From Chrysochromulina tobinii (lineage: Eukaryota), in NCBI GenBank assembly GCA_001275005.1, contig JWZX01003352.1, positions 1 to 64,000 on the forward strand: a stretch of DNA of 64,000 bases. The letters are read 5' to 3'. Shown here one piece after another: positions 10,647 through 21,431 of this stretch. The notes below the pieces were generated by a model. The model saw nothing but the letters and a program-made list of their open reading frames with translations, was not told where the DNA came from and made no database searches. The translations under genes were made by a program, and so were the position numbers. The number at the start of each line of letters is the position of its first letter. Within the stretch, counting starts at the first letter, position 1.

Positions 10647-11447
10647 GTCCAGGTCGCGTCGGTGCTCGCTCTCGGACTGAGCTTTCCGGGTACTCGTGCG
10701 GCTGCAGCCCGGGTGCGAGCTGTGAATGAACTGATGCGTGAAATGATTTGTCAATCGTATTTTTGGACGGGGCTGGTGCGTGGTTCTTTAAGTTCTCTTA
10801 GTGGACCCTTTTTCTCTTTTCTTGGTACATGTAGAGGACGTTGTATTGGTACTATTTCAGTAGAGAACTTGAGGTCCCTCCTCTCCGTTTTCCCACAGGC
10901 ATGTGCCCCGGCGTGTGAGCCCCATTCACAATCAGTAAGGATGTTCACCGAGGGGAGGGGATCGGGACGCAGGGTTTCGTCGCGCTCCCGGGAGGCGGAC
11001 CTCCCGGTCTCACTTTCGGCGCGGCAAATCGAGTGGGGGCCGGGTCGGCGCACTAACGGCGCACCCACTACGCAGCACTCGCCCGCCCACCCATGTGGCA
11101 TGTGCGCGAGTGGGTCGAGGCCAACCGGGGGAGGTGTGTCGTGTTGGATCCGGCGTCGGAGCCGTGCCACGAATTGCGGGAGCGGGCGATTGGGGTCTGT
11201 GGGTAGCAGCGCGTAGCGCCGCCGCCCACTCCCGGGACCTGTTCTGTTGTGTCAACCGTGTGGAGGTCATCCCCTCTTAGTGAGGAAGAGCTCAGCGAGC
11301 TACCCGAGTGTGTGTTGATTGAACGCCTGGTACGGCGCGCTGCTCGGTACAGCGCGGCGTGATGGCGCTCTGCGCTCTTGCTTGCATTCCTGTCGAATCA
11401 TCCTCATCCACCAGCTCGTTAGGAGAGCTCGCGCCCGAACCCATACC

Positions 11448-12554
11448 ATGTCAGAAATCTGTCGACGACTGCTTCGACAGAACGCCGTGCTGCGCGAGTC
11501 AGTCGCTCGCGAATTTGCGACGCTCCCAACGGCACACCCTCGGTTTGAGACGGCCATGCGCACGTACGAGCGTGAGGTACTGATGGCGATCGACAAGAAC
11601 GATGCAACGCTCACCCAGATCCATGGCAGTCCGGCACAAGGCAGCGCGTTGGCACGTGCAGCGGATTGGCTTGGCCTGTCGGAACGGCCCGAAACTTATG
11701 ACGGCCTCGGTTCATTGTGGAGGCATCTGGCCAAAGATTGGAGCCGTGACGGTGTTGCTGGCACAGAGGAGCTGCGGTCACTGATTGTGACGGGCGTGTC
11801 CGCTGAGATGTCGCGATGGCCGGCCGACGAGCGCATGCGCGTACTCGTGCCGGGTTGCGGCCAAGGCCGTTTGGCCTGGGCACTTGCGGATGCGCTACCC
11901 CACGCCCTCGTCACCGGCCTCGAGCGCAGCGAAGCGACGCTTGGATTTGCGCGGCACGTCCTGCATGGTGTGGGAGACGTCGCGTCGGTGCAATTTCATC
12001 CTTTCCTCGATGCATTCCCCAACAATTGGGATGCAAAGTCACGGACAGCGAGCGTCTCCGTGCCGGACGTGCTGCCACGTCCGGCGCCCAACCTCGCGCT
12101 GCAACTTGCTGATTTTATGGAGCCGCATGCTTTGCGCGACGAGGACGACAACTCGATCTCATGGACGGCGCTACGCAGCCGATCAGCGCTCACCAGCACG
12201 CAGTGGCGCCCGCCGTGGCACCAGCAGCAGCACCATGTCGTGTGTACCCATTTCTTCCTGGACTGCGTGGACGACGTCGTCGCGGGCTGCACCGCCGTCC
12301 GCGACGCTCTGGTCGACGGCGGAGCATGGATCTTCAGTGGCCCTTTGCACTACCACCAAGGTGGTGGGTACACGCCGCGGCCCAGCCCGGCACTGAGCCA
12401 TCTGCTCGAGCTCGCCTCCGACCTCGGGCTGGAACCAGAGGGCCCGCCGCTCCTCGTGCCCTCTCCGTACCTGCGACGACCCAACGCTCTCCTGCACGAG
12501 GCAGCTTGGACGGCCGCATTCTTCAAGGCGCGCAAGCGGGGTGGCCCGAGATAG
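11448..12554 (+). CDS. N2227 / carnosine N-methyltransferase-like protein (5' end uncertain)
   Basis: HLAKDWS, RVLVPGCGQGRLA, VCTHFFLD and GPLHYH resemble N2227/CARNMT1 motifs. Confidence 0.8.
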   Translation: MSEICRRLLRQNAVLRESVAREFATLPTAHPRFETAMRTYEREVLMAIDKNDATLTQIHGSPAQGSALARAADWLGLSERPETYDGLGSLWRHLAKDWSRDGVAGTEELRSLIVTGVSAEMSRWPADERMRVLVPGCGQGRLAWALADALPHALVTGLERSEATLGFARHVLHGVGDVASVQFHPFLDAFPNNWDAKSRTASVSVPDVLPRPAPNLALQLADFMEPHALRDEDDNSISWTALRSRSALTSTQWRPPWHQQQHHVVCTHFFLDCVDDVVAGCTAVRDALVDGGAWIFSGPLHYHQGGGYTPRPSPALSHLLELASDLGLEPEGPPLLVPSPYLRRPNALLHEAAWTAAFFKARKRGGPR

Positions 12555-12788
12555 AGATGCGATGCGTGTATTTGGGATCCCTCCGCTCGACATGTAGATA
12601 GTACCGTACACCGAACCAACTTGTGCGTTCAAGGTTGGCATGGTGCCATGACCGTAAGCGGACCAGCTTGGTGCTTGCGAACGAAAGCCTACGTAGTTTC
12701 AAACGTAGTTTCTGACGTGAACAACAAATATGACTCTGGCTTCCACAGCACGGTAACGAACCAGCCTCACACCTCTCAGGACTCAGCA

Positions 12789-13400
12789 TCACTGCGCGAT
12801 TTTCACCTGCAACGCCTGAAACCTCGATAACAGCATTCGTGCCTCTGCGTCCGAGGACAGCATCTCAGAGGCAGCCTGGGGCCCAGCAGCCATCATCTTG
12901 CGCATGAGGTCCTGCAACTTGGGGTTGCGAAGGAGCGCCATGATCTCGGGGTCTTGCGTCGCCGCCTGCAGCATGTCAGGGCTCATACCGCCGGGTAGCG
13001 TGCCATCGGCTGCAGTCGCTTCGTCCAGGTCAACATCCGCTGCAGGTTCAGATGTGGTCTGTGGCGTGGCCTCCCATGCTTGCTCAACCGACATCGTGTT
13101 GAACTGGTCGATTAGCAATGGATCCGCACGCCCTTCTCGCCGTGCTTTAGCCAGCACCTTAGCAAGCTCCTCCTTCTCAAACAGTCCATCCCATTTGACC
13201 TTTCGCAGGTCCAGCTCAGCTTTGATCTCGCTTACCTTCATGCCCATGCACTCCTTCACCGACTCTACGTCGATGGCAGCATCGTCGCTCGCAAATATCC
13301 TTGAGCGTGGCGGTGCGCGCGGCGATGGTAGCGGAATGATCATTGCAACGCTCCGAGCCGCTAAACAGCAGACGAGAAAGACACAGACACGAATGTTCAT
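12789..13400 (-). CDS. Signal-peptide protein with C-terminal STI1/DP-like co-chaperone domain (possibly plastid-targeted)
   Basis: Hydrophobic N-terminus followed by a Pro/Arg/Ser transit-like stretch; QDPEIMALLRNPKLQDLM is STI1-like. Confidence 0.65.
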   Translation of the reverse strand: MNIRVCVFLVCCLAARSVAMIIPLPSPRAPPRSRIFASDDAAIDVESVKECMGMKVSEIKAELDLRKVKWDGLFEKEELAKVLAKARREGRADPLLIDQFNTMSVEQAWEATPQTTSEPAADVDLDEATAADGTLPGGMSPDMLQAATQDPEIMALLRNPKLQDLMRKMMAAGPQAASEMLSSDAEARMLLSRFQALQVKIAQ

Positions 13401-13582
13401 GGATCAACAGGTGGAGAGCGCGCTGTGCGGCCGCCTTGCGCGCCGCTTCGGCGAGTGCGCCGCGGTCGGTCGGGGCCCGATCGATCCAGAGCCGTGCGAG
13501 ATCTCGAGCGCGAGATCGCGGACGCACTGGGGGTGACCTTCGCTGCTTTGATCCCTCGATGACAAGAAAATTATTTGGCACC

Positions 13583-14485
13583 TCATAAAGGCAGAGCTCG
13601 CAAACACGCGAACCCACCAGCCGTGCCACCAGCAGTCGGTGAGGGGCAGGCGGCGGCGGCGGCGGTGGCTGTGTCGGCATCGCGCGAGCGCAGCGCCGAC
13701 TGAAGATCTTCGAATTGGCGGAGCACCAGGTCCTCAAACTTCTCGAGCTTGGCCCACGTCTCGCGCCGGCGCTGCCAGACGAAGTTGACGAGCGCCCGGT
13801 CCTGTTCGTCATTCTCCTTGTCCTGCAGCTTCTCCGAGTACGCTTTGGCCAAGAAGCAGCTGGCCAATAGGAGCAGCAGCAAAACGCCGACTGCGTAGCT
13901 CACGTGGCGCGTCGTGTGCTGAACAGCGTCGCAGTCGAGGCCACGGTCAGCAAGCTGCGCGCGCGTGAGCTCGCCTTCGCGGAACAGGCGGCATGCGGCT
14001 GAGCTCTGATCGGCTGAACTCAAGCTGATGACTGCAAAGGTCGACACGTTGGCAAGCCCCCAAAGCTGATTGATGTAGAAAAAGAGGAGCATCGGGCGCG
14101 AGGAGGCGCAGACGCCCACAATGCCGATGCACGCAGCAATGGCGCACAGTGCAGCGACCGCTTCGGTGAACAGCTCGCTCAGCGGATCATGCAGCACGTG
14201 CGTCGCCGAGACGATGTAATACATGCCGAGGGCGACTGCCACCTGTGTGATGCACAGCAGCAGCAGCCAGGAGCGGAAGGCGCGCATGGTGTCCGGGCTT
14301 GTTAAGATCATCTCGGGGTAGTACTGCGACGGGCAGTCGACCGGCAGTGCTGAGAAGATGCGTGGCCGCCCTGCTCCACGCGAGGAGGCGACGCTGCTCT
14401 GAACGAGCACCGAGGCCGTGGCCCGTACTGCTGCAGAATCCATGTACTGCTGCGACGGCTTCCGCACGGACGGTGTGCTGTCCAT
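13583..14485 (-). CDS. Four-TM membrane protein (tetraspanin-like topology)
   Basis: Four hydrophobic helices, two Cys in the loop between TM3 and TM4, and a coiled C-terminal tail. Confidence 0.6.
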   Translation of the reverse strand: MDSTPSVRKPSQQYMDSAAVRATASVLVQSSVASSRGAGRPRIFSALPVDCPSQYYPEMILTSPDTMRAFRSWLLLLCITQVAVALGMYYIVSATHVLHDPLSELFTEAVAALCAIAACIGIVGVCASSRPMLLFFYINQLWGLANVSTFAVISLSSADQSSAACRLFREGELTRAQLADRGLDCDAVQHTTRHVSYAVGVLLLLLLASCFLAKAYSEKLQDKENDEQDRALVNFVWQRRRETWAKLEKFEDLVLRQFEDLQSALRSRDADTATAAAAACPSPTAGGTAGGFACLRALPL

Positions 14486-14790
14486 CGTCGGGCCACGCAC
14501 GTGAAACTTGAGCGTCGTCTACACCGTTTATACAGTCCGGCTCCGTGGGTTCGGTCGGCTCTCGTGGGGACGACCGCACGGACGTGCGAGTTAGGGAGAG
14601 TTAGGGACGTCTGTGAACGTGAACACGACGGCACAGTCCCGTCTGTGTGATCCGTGTGGAGTGGGTCCCGGCTGCCGGCTCCCCCCGGTGTTTTTGAACC
14701 GGAACCGAATCGAACGTTCGGACCGTAGTACAGCACTGTACCGGTAGCACGCGTCGCGGTGGTTGAACAAAGCGTAGAAGCGTTGAACAT

Positions 14791-14831
14791 CAAGTCAAGT
14801 CAAGTGTCATGACTTGACTTGACTTGACTTG
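14791..14831. repeat. Inverted (CAAGT)3-(ACTTG)4 microsatellite palindrome
   Basis: caagtcaagtcaagt gtcatg acttgacttgacttgacttg. Confidence 0.9.
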
Positions 14832-14878
14832 TGTTGACGAGGTTCGTCGAGCCGCCGGTCAAGTTTTGGATACGGAAC

Positions 14879-15925
14879 ATGCGCGGCACTGCCGCACGCG
14901 CCTCCGAAGCGCACGCATCACGAACGATCCCGCACGTTCTCTCATTCACATATAAGGTTGACCTCCTTCGCGCGCCAGATGCGAGTCTGACCGCGCTTGA
15001 GCGCGTCCTCGCCCGCAACGTGCGCTCGACGATCCATCATCATCATCGGCCGATCGGTGATTTGTGGTTTGGTGGTGATCCAGTGGTGCACTTTTACGAT
15101 GACGAGAAGTGCGTTCAGGTGATAAGAGCCGCATTTCCGCCCCTCCTACCTTTCTTTCAGAACGAGGTGAGCGGTATGTACAAGGGCGACATTTGCCGAG
15201 GCGCAGCTCTGTACCAACACGGTGGTTTGTACTTTGATGTGGATATGGTGGCGAGGATGAACTCGTCGGCGCTCATCGGCCGAGACACGGAGTTCGTCAC
15301 ATGCATTTCCAACTCTGATAGGGTCGAGAGTTTGCGTTGGAACGTCAAGTTCTTTCAGTCATTCATCGCGGTCGCGCCTCGGCATGGGATCATGAGGCGC
15401 TACCTCGAGGCGCTGTTGCAAATGTACAATGCGGCAGTCGACACATTTGGGAGCATCAGCGACTATTTCAAGCCGCAGGTGGCCAGCCGGCGAAGTCATG
15501 ACATGGGCACAATAGCGATGAAACGGGGCTATGACGTTTGGCTGCACGAAGGCGGCGACGGCAGGTGCGGCGACTCGTCGAACGTCTCAATAGCCAGACG
15601 CCGCCACTCAGTGCAACTCTGGGAGGAGCGGCCGCTCTCAACGCTTACGGGACGACGGCGGGTGCCACGTCAGGCCGGCGCAAAGCACGTGCGGCGCTGT
15701 GAGCTCGTCGTCTTTGACCCTGTCTCAGGCCAGGCGCCCTTTTACTCGCGGGTGCCGGGTACCGAGCTCTGCCCTTACTCGCGCACGAACAAGTCTTCAC
15801 GGGCTCCGATGGGACCTGGCCGTCGCTTGAGTGCGGGCGCCACGGACGGCTATGTGGCGCAGCACCAACGTCGCAGCAGAAGCGGAGGCGGACGAGGGCA
15901 GCGAACTCAAGGTACAGATAAGTGA
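14879..15925 (+). CDS. DXD-motif glycosyltransferase (GT32/OCH1-like); 5' end uncertain
   Basis: TIPHVL, FYDDEKC, KGDICRGAALYQHGGLYFDVD. Confidence 0.8.
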   Translation: MRGTAARASEAHASRTIPHVLSFTYKVDLLRAPDASLTALERVLARNVRSTIHHHHRPIGDLWFGGDPVVHFYDDEKCVQVIRAAFPPLLPFFQNEVSGMYKGDICRGAALYQHGGLYFDVDMVARMNSSALIGRDTEFVTCISNSDRVESLRWNVKFFQSFIAVAPRHGIMRRYLEALLQMYNAAVDTFGSISDYFKPQVASRRSHDMGTIAMKRGYDVWLHEGGDGRCGDSSNVSIARRRHSVQLWEERPLSTLTGRRRVPRQAGAKHVRRCELVVFDPVSGQAPFYSRVPGTELCPYSRTNKSSRAPMGPGRRLSAGATDGYVAQHQRRSRSGGGRGQRTQGTDK

Positions 15926-16360
15926 TATCGGGGTACTACCGAGCATCTGATCCCACCTCGCTACAGACGCGTCTACCGGCACAGACCACACGGTACGTCA
16001 GTACAACGCACAGCCCGAGCCAACTCTTGGTTGTGAAGCAGATTCACAAAGTACTCGAGCAGCACGGGCCACACAGACACACGAATCGAATCTCGCGGCC
16101 GATTCTGCACGGGTCAGGGCGGCGCTCATATCGCCAACGTCCGCAATAGCACCGGTGACGGTACACGTCGAGGTATTAGGTAACAGCTTGTTCAGTTTAC
16201 AGTGACAATTCAGAAATCTCTGAATCTGTATCTGCGCCGGTGCTCTATCGCGCACGCGGTAAGGAACACGCGGCGGACCGGCGACCGGACTTGGATGTTG
16301 GAAAAAGCAAAACGTCAGGAAAAACAAAGCACCGGTGAGTGTGCGAGTGCGTGCGCATCA

Positions 16361-17149
16361 CTAGTAGCCCTCCGCATGCGCCACTGTGATGGGCGTCGCC
16401 ACTCGCTGCGCTGCTGGCTCGTGGCTATTGTGCCGCTTATTCGTGATTAATCCGCTCTCCGGCCCTGGCACGGCAATGCGCCGCCTCTCTGCTGCTGCGA
16501 GGGCGCGACGGCGTGCGTCGAGTGCCGCCATGCCGAGGCCACGGGCTGCGCCGTCCGCCTGGGCGGCTTGCGCTCGCATACGCCGCTTGTTGGCTGCGGC
16601 GCGCGCGGCTGCCTCTTCTGCGCCGACGAGCGCGCGATCGGGCGACTCGTACCCGGGACTGTGATGCAGGCTCCTGTTTTGGATGCGCCCCTGGATAGTG
16701 ACATGACCGTGCATCATGAACGGGTGCTGCGGCACGTCGCCGATGCCGCGCCGGCTGGGCGGCGGCGTGCTTGCACGGCGCGGCATCGGCGCCTCGAACG
16801 GCAGCGCCTCGCGATCGCCGTGCCGCGGCCGCAGGTCCGGGTGGAAGCCGGGGTTCGTCTCATAGCTAGGCGCACCCCACGAACCGTGCTGAGGCCACTC
16901 GGTAGGCGGCGGCTTCCGATTTTCAGGGGCCGGAGTGAAGTGGCCGCCTTTGCCGCCTGCACGCGACGAGAGCACGCCCGGCGAGCCATACCAATCTGGC
17001 TTCGCAACCTCAGATTGTGGCACCCATCGGCCAGAGGGCCCCTTGACGGAGCTCGAGTCCCGCCGCGGCGTGTGCCACGTGCGCTCAGGCTCCCAGCCGC
17101 GGCCGTCGTACGCGTTCATGTCGGGCTCCTTCCATGGCGTCGCAGGCAT
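16361..17149 (-). CDS. Hypothetical Pro/Arg-rich protein
   Basis: Long ORF with ATG at 17149; no recognisable domain. Confidence 0.45.
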   Translation of the reverse strand: MPATPWKEPDMNAYDGRGWEPERTWHTPRRDSSSVKGPSGRWVPQSEVAKPDWYGSPGVLSSRAGGKGGHFTPAPENRKPPPTEWPQHGSWGAPSYETNPGFHPDLRPRHGDREALPFEAPMPRRASTPPPSRRGIGDVPQHPFMMHGHVTIQGRIQNRSLHHSPGYESPDRALVGAEEAAARAAANKRRMRAQAAQADGAARGLGMAALDARRRALAAAERRRIAVPGPESGLITNKRHNSHEPAAQRVATPITVAHAEGY

Positions 17150-17310
17150 GAGATGTGTCGGCGAGCTGCGTTGGACGGGAAGCTGTGCTGCTCTGCGCAC
17201 CCACGACACTCAGAGGTTTCCAATCACGGGACGACTCATGTCCGTTTCGCCAAATTGAATAGCGCTGTGTTGGCGTTAATCCGGACCGGCGGCTCACACA
17301 CATGGGATGA

Positions 17311-17800
17311 TCAAGGACGGACGCGCACGCAAGCAAACCCTCCGAGCCAAGACTCGGCGTCTCGGCTCAGGGGGCAGGGCCACACGACGGCGGCAAGGCG
17401 GCCGACTCTCAAGAGAGGCCACCGCGCACCGGCACAACAACCGCGACCGGTATCTGGTACCCCCTGTGGTTCCCCTATAGTATACAAGGATACCACTCTC
17501 GACTCCTCGTGCCTCGCCGGGTAAGTGAAGTTAATAATGGAGTCCTTGCAGTACATGTAGCATGTGCCCTTCGAGTTGATGGTCTCTGATGACCTCTGAT
17601 GACCTCTGATGACGTCTGATTGACTCCATCATCAGTAGCATGTGCCCTTCGAGTGGTGAATCACGCAATCGGCGCACGCGGTGTAGCGGCAGCGCTCGCA
17701 CACGTCGAAGGGCTCGCCCACGTCACCCTCCTCGTAGCCATTCACTTTCAGGCGCCGAAAGTCCACTTCCGTCAGACCACAGCCATCGCACGTATCCGGA
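17311..17800 (-). pseudogene. Cys-rich coding remnant interrupted by a duplication-flanked insertion
   Basis: Minus frame CDGC...CERCRYTACADCVIHHSKGTCY stops (TGA TGA) at the insert and resumes as GTCYMYCKDS after the second copy of a 20-bp direct repeat. Confidence 0.35.
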
Positions 17801-18470
17801 TAGTTACCTCTGCCGGAGCCGAGCCACTCGCGCCGTGGGCAGCCCGGAGGTAGGCCCGGCTCGAGTGGAGCACCAACAGCAAGCCTGCTTGCTGCCTGCC
17901 ATCGAGGGCGGCGAAGGCGTCCCTAAGGCGGCCCCTGCCGTTCTGTCGCGATTCATTGAGGTATCGAGGAGATCCTGCAGGTTGAACCACTCACCGTAGC
18001 GCATGCACCGGCCGTTTACTCGTGCAGACTTCTGGGTTCGTAGCCATTTTCGAGGGTCACGATTCAACGCAAAGGGATTATCCAGGGGGAAAGCTTCGGA
18101 CAGCTCGCGAGTATCTTGAGAGGGTAATGATGCCCACAACATTATCGTGAGCTTGCAGCTGCATTCGCCGTTGCCGGTTCTTCCCCAGTGCTGCCGCCCA
18201 TGACGGCAGTAGTGAACCTCCTCCCAGTCGATTAGCGGACCGCTTGGGCGCGTACTAGTACAGAATGTGACTCGTGGTTGTGGTCCTCCGGACGGACGCC
18301 CAAGGCCACACGCCAACAACACGCCAACTTCTTGAGTTCGAAACGAACCATCGAATCGAACGTCCGCCTGACAGAAAGCGATGCTTTCGGCGCATTCTCA
18401 CCGCAATCCATCCAGCACGGGCTTCCTACGGGCTTCCCCCACATCCGAGCGAGAGACAAGACGAGTTCGT

Positions 18471-19133
18471 TCAGCCGAGGCCGCACCGGGCATTCAGTCG
18501 GTGGATCTGGCCCCGAGGGCCAAAATGAAGCACCATCGCACTATCGGGAACTTCCTGCTCGGCGCCGTCCGACAGGTGCTCGCCTGACGTTCGGTTGCAC
18601 TGACCGCACGTGTGTGCGCAGCATGCCTTGAACTCCTCGCATTGACCCCACTTGAGCTTCCACGAGCAGCTGTGACGGTTCCAATCGTCGACTTCAGTCG
18701 GATAGACGATGGCCCACTTATCGATGCACGCGTCCGGCTCCGTGCTGTGGCGATTCTGTTCAAGATACTGCCTGCGCTGCAGCCAGGTGCGGAATGCAGC
18801 CAGCGAAATGCAGCCAGCGAGTCCGAGAAGAAGCACGCTCGCAATGCAGGCTCGCAGCGCAGAAGAAAGTGGTCGCAAGCCGTGCGTTTGCTGGGGCTTA
18901 TGCTGCGGCAATGCTCTGAGCTCTGGATAGGTGATGAGCAGGCTCCGCTCGTTGAAGTTCTCCTCGTCGTCAGTGGAACTGCCAGCGGTGGAACAAGTGG
19001 ATAGAGCGACTGCGTTGGTCTGCATGGCCGTCGGGCGCCACGCCCTGACCTGCTCCGCGAGCGGCGCTGCGTCTCCTTGGCGCTCTCCGAGACGTTCCAT
19101 GGTGTCCATGGCCAGGACATGGGCCAGGTCCAT
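18471..19133 (-). CDS. Single-TM protein with a six-Cys ShKT-like domain
   Basis: TM segment IASVLLLGLAGCISLAAF followed by CIDKW...CSWKLKWGQC..FKACCAHTCGQC. Confidence 0.55.
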   Translation of the reverse strand: MDLAHVLAMDTMERLGERQGDAAPLAEQVRAWRPTAMQTNAVALSTCSTAGSSTDDEENFNERSLLITYPELRALPQHKPQQTHGLRPLSSALRACIASVLLLGLAGCISLAAFRTWLQRRQYLEQNRHSTEPDACIDKWAIVYPTEVDDWNRHSCSWKLKWGQCEEFKACCAHTCGQCNRTSGEHLSDGAEQEVPDSAMVLHFGPRGQIHRLNARCGLG

Positions 19134-19381
19134 ATGTGTGAAATGTGTCCTTTCGATTGAAGAGGCGTCGCGTCGAGGGACCACACCAACCAAGGACTTG
19201 ATCCCCCACAGAGGCCTCTGCAAGGGGACGTAACAGTTTTCATGTTTTGCATGCTTCCCCGCGAGCGAAGAGATGCGCACGTGACCTGCGTCATGCGTCG
19301 CGCATCGAGGTTGTCGTTGACTTGTCTTGACTTTTACCGGTACAAGTATCCCGTGGGAGATTTTTGTGGTAGGAATTTCCT

Positions 19382-21179
19382 ATGGCTCGGTGTAGGGTTA
19401 TCCTCGGCGTCGCGGCGCTCTTGGCGGTCACGTGCGTTGTTGGTCTGTTACCAGCTGGCGTTGCTGTATGCAGGCTCACTTCTGAAGCAGTAGTGCGTCA
19501 AGGTCGCAGCAGATGGCCGATTTCCACCGTGCCGCTGCAACGCCGCTCTCACATGCTGAGGGCAAAGGCCGCTGCCGAGTCGTCGGGCGCGAGCACAGAG
19601 GCTCAAACAGCCGACCTGATCCGCTTTATCGTACCGACACTGGCCGCCTTGCTCTCTTCGGAGGTGATGAGTGTCGTCGACACCGCCGTCGTGGGCTCGT
19701 GCTCCGCCACAGAGCTTGCCGCGCTTGGCCCGGCAACAATGCTGGTTGACAGCTCGGCGTATCTCTTCTTCTGGCTCAATGTCGCAACCACGTCGCTCTT
19801 CGCGACCGCGCTTGCGGCTGGCGACCAGAACGAGGCCTTCAGCACGCTGAGCGACGCCTTGTATGTCGCGCTCCTCTGCGGCCTCGGCGTGAGCGTGTTC
19901 ATCGCGTGCCTCGGACCAGCCACGCTGCAGCTCATCTGCGCCTCGGCACTCGAGGTGGTGCCAGCGGCGACCAGGTACCTTCGGATACGCATGTTCGGCT
20001 ACCCCGCCTTTCTGGTCGGTCTCGTGCTCCAGGCTGCATGCCTCGGTGCAAAGGACTCTCTTTCGCCGCTGCTCGTGCTGCTTGTGTGCGGCGCACTGAA
20101 CCTCGGGCTCGACCTCGTGCTGGTGAGAAGCTGCGGCATGGGCATCGGCGGCGCGGCCATCGCGACCCTCGCAGCCCAACTTCTGCAGACGGCCCTACTC
20201 GCCTACGTGGTACAGCGCAAGAAACGCCGAGGGGTCGCCGCCGCCGCCGCGGTCGCCACCTCTGCCTCTCCTGTGTTGGCTTCACAAGGGCCGCAATGGT
20301 TGCTGTTGCGTGGACGGCCCTCGCTCCCACGCATCCGCACCTTCCTTGCCTTCGCCGGCCCGATGGCCCTCGTCCTCATGGGAAAGATCGCTTGCTATAA
20401 CTCGATGACTTGTGCGGACCGCTGGGCTTCGAACCCTTCGCACCCTACCCTTCCCCCGTCGGGCGCGCTCTGTCGGGCGCTAACCTTGATCCGCGGACGG
20501 AATATGCCCTTGCTCACTCTGAACGGGCGCACGTTCGATTCGAACCCTCGCAGTGGCCGCCTCTACGGGCGTCGCGTCGCTTGCCGCGCACCAGGTGCTC
20601 AACTCCATCTTCTTTGTTGGCTGCAAGTACGGAGACGCGATCTCACAGACGAGCCAGGCGTTCTTGCCAGCATGCTTCCCCAGTGGCGCGGCCACAGGTC
20701 TCCAAGGGTCCGGATCCCCCACCAAGGCGTCGACGGCCGTGCTCCCTCCCGCCGCTGCGCGGCGGCTGAGCCGGCGCCTGCTGCGCCTTTCCATCTCTAT
20801 GGGCGCCTTCGTCTCCACCGCCGCATACCTCGTCACCACGCGCCTGTCCACACTATTCACTTCAGATGTGTCGGTGACCGCGCAAGTGCTGCGCTGTGCG
20901 TCGCTCCTGTTTGTGGCGCTGCTATTGCACCCGCCAACGATGGCCTCCGAGGGCCTCCTCATCGGATCGCTCGAGGTGCGCTTCCTCGCCAAGTCCTATG
21001 CGGCGAACGTGGCTATCTTCCTCACGGCGCTGTATGTGGTCAGCAAGCGGCAGCTGGGGCTATTGGCCGTGTGGGCGACGCTGGCCATGTTCCAGCTTGT
21101 GCGCCTCGGCACCTTCACGATGCGCCTCAAGCGCACGCGCCTCGCCTTCGCCGGGGCTGGCGTGAAGGACGACAACTGA
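19382..21179 (+). CDS. MATE efflux transporter (DinF/EDS5-like), about 551 aa; intron 20412-20553
   Basis: EVMSVVDTAVVG, ELAALGP, YLRIR, GAKDSLSPL, GIGGAAIAT, LAAHQV. The GT-AG intron joins ORFs 19382 and 20553 in frame. N-terminal signal-like peptide. Confidence 0.88.
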
Positions 21180-21431
21180 TAACATGTAAAGCAGCATGGG
21201 ATGGAACATACACCAAACATGTGGCAATCGGAAGGCATGTCCGAAGAGCAGAGCTCCAGAGAGAGAAAGAGTGCCAGAAGTGCTTTCTCATACATTGTAC
21301 TGATGCATGCATACATGTAAACATGAGAAACGCACACCAAAAGAGTGTTTTCCACACCTTTCGAGGAGCTTTTTCGATGCGTGTTTGGCGTCGCAAAAAG
21401 GCACGGCGGCAGGTGCGCGCCGCGCCGTAAG

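Noticed and set aside
19382..21430. 682-aa ORF as the full MATE protein
   Set aside because: The frame after 20411 runs through an intron into non-MATE sequence; the spliced form ending at 21179 restores the second MATE half.
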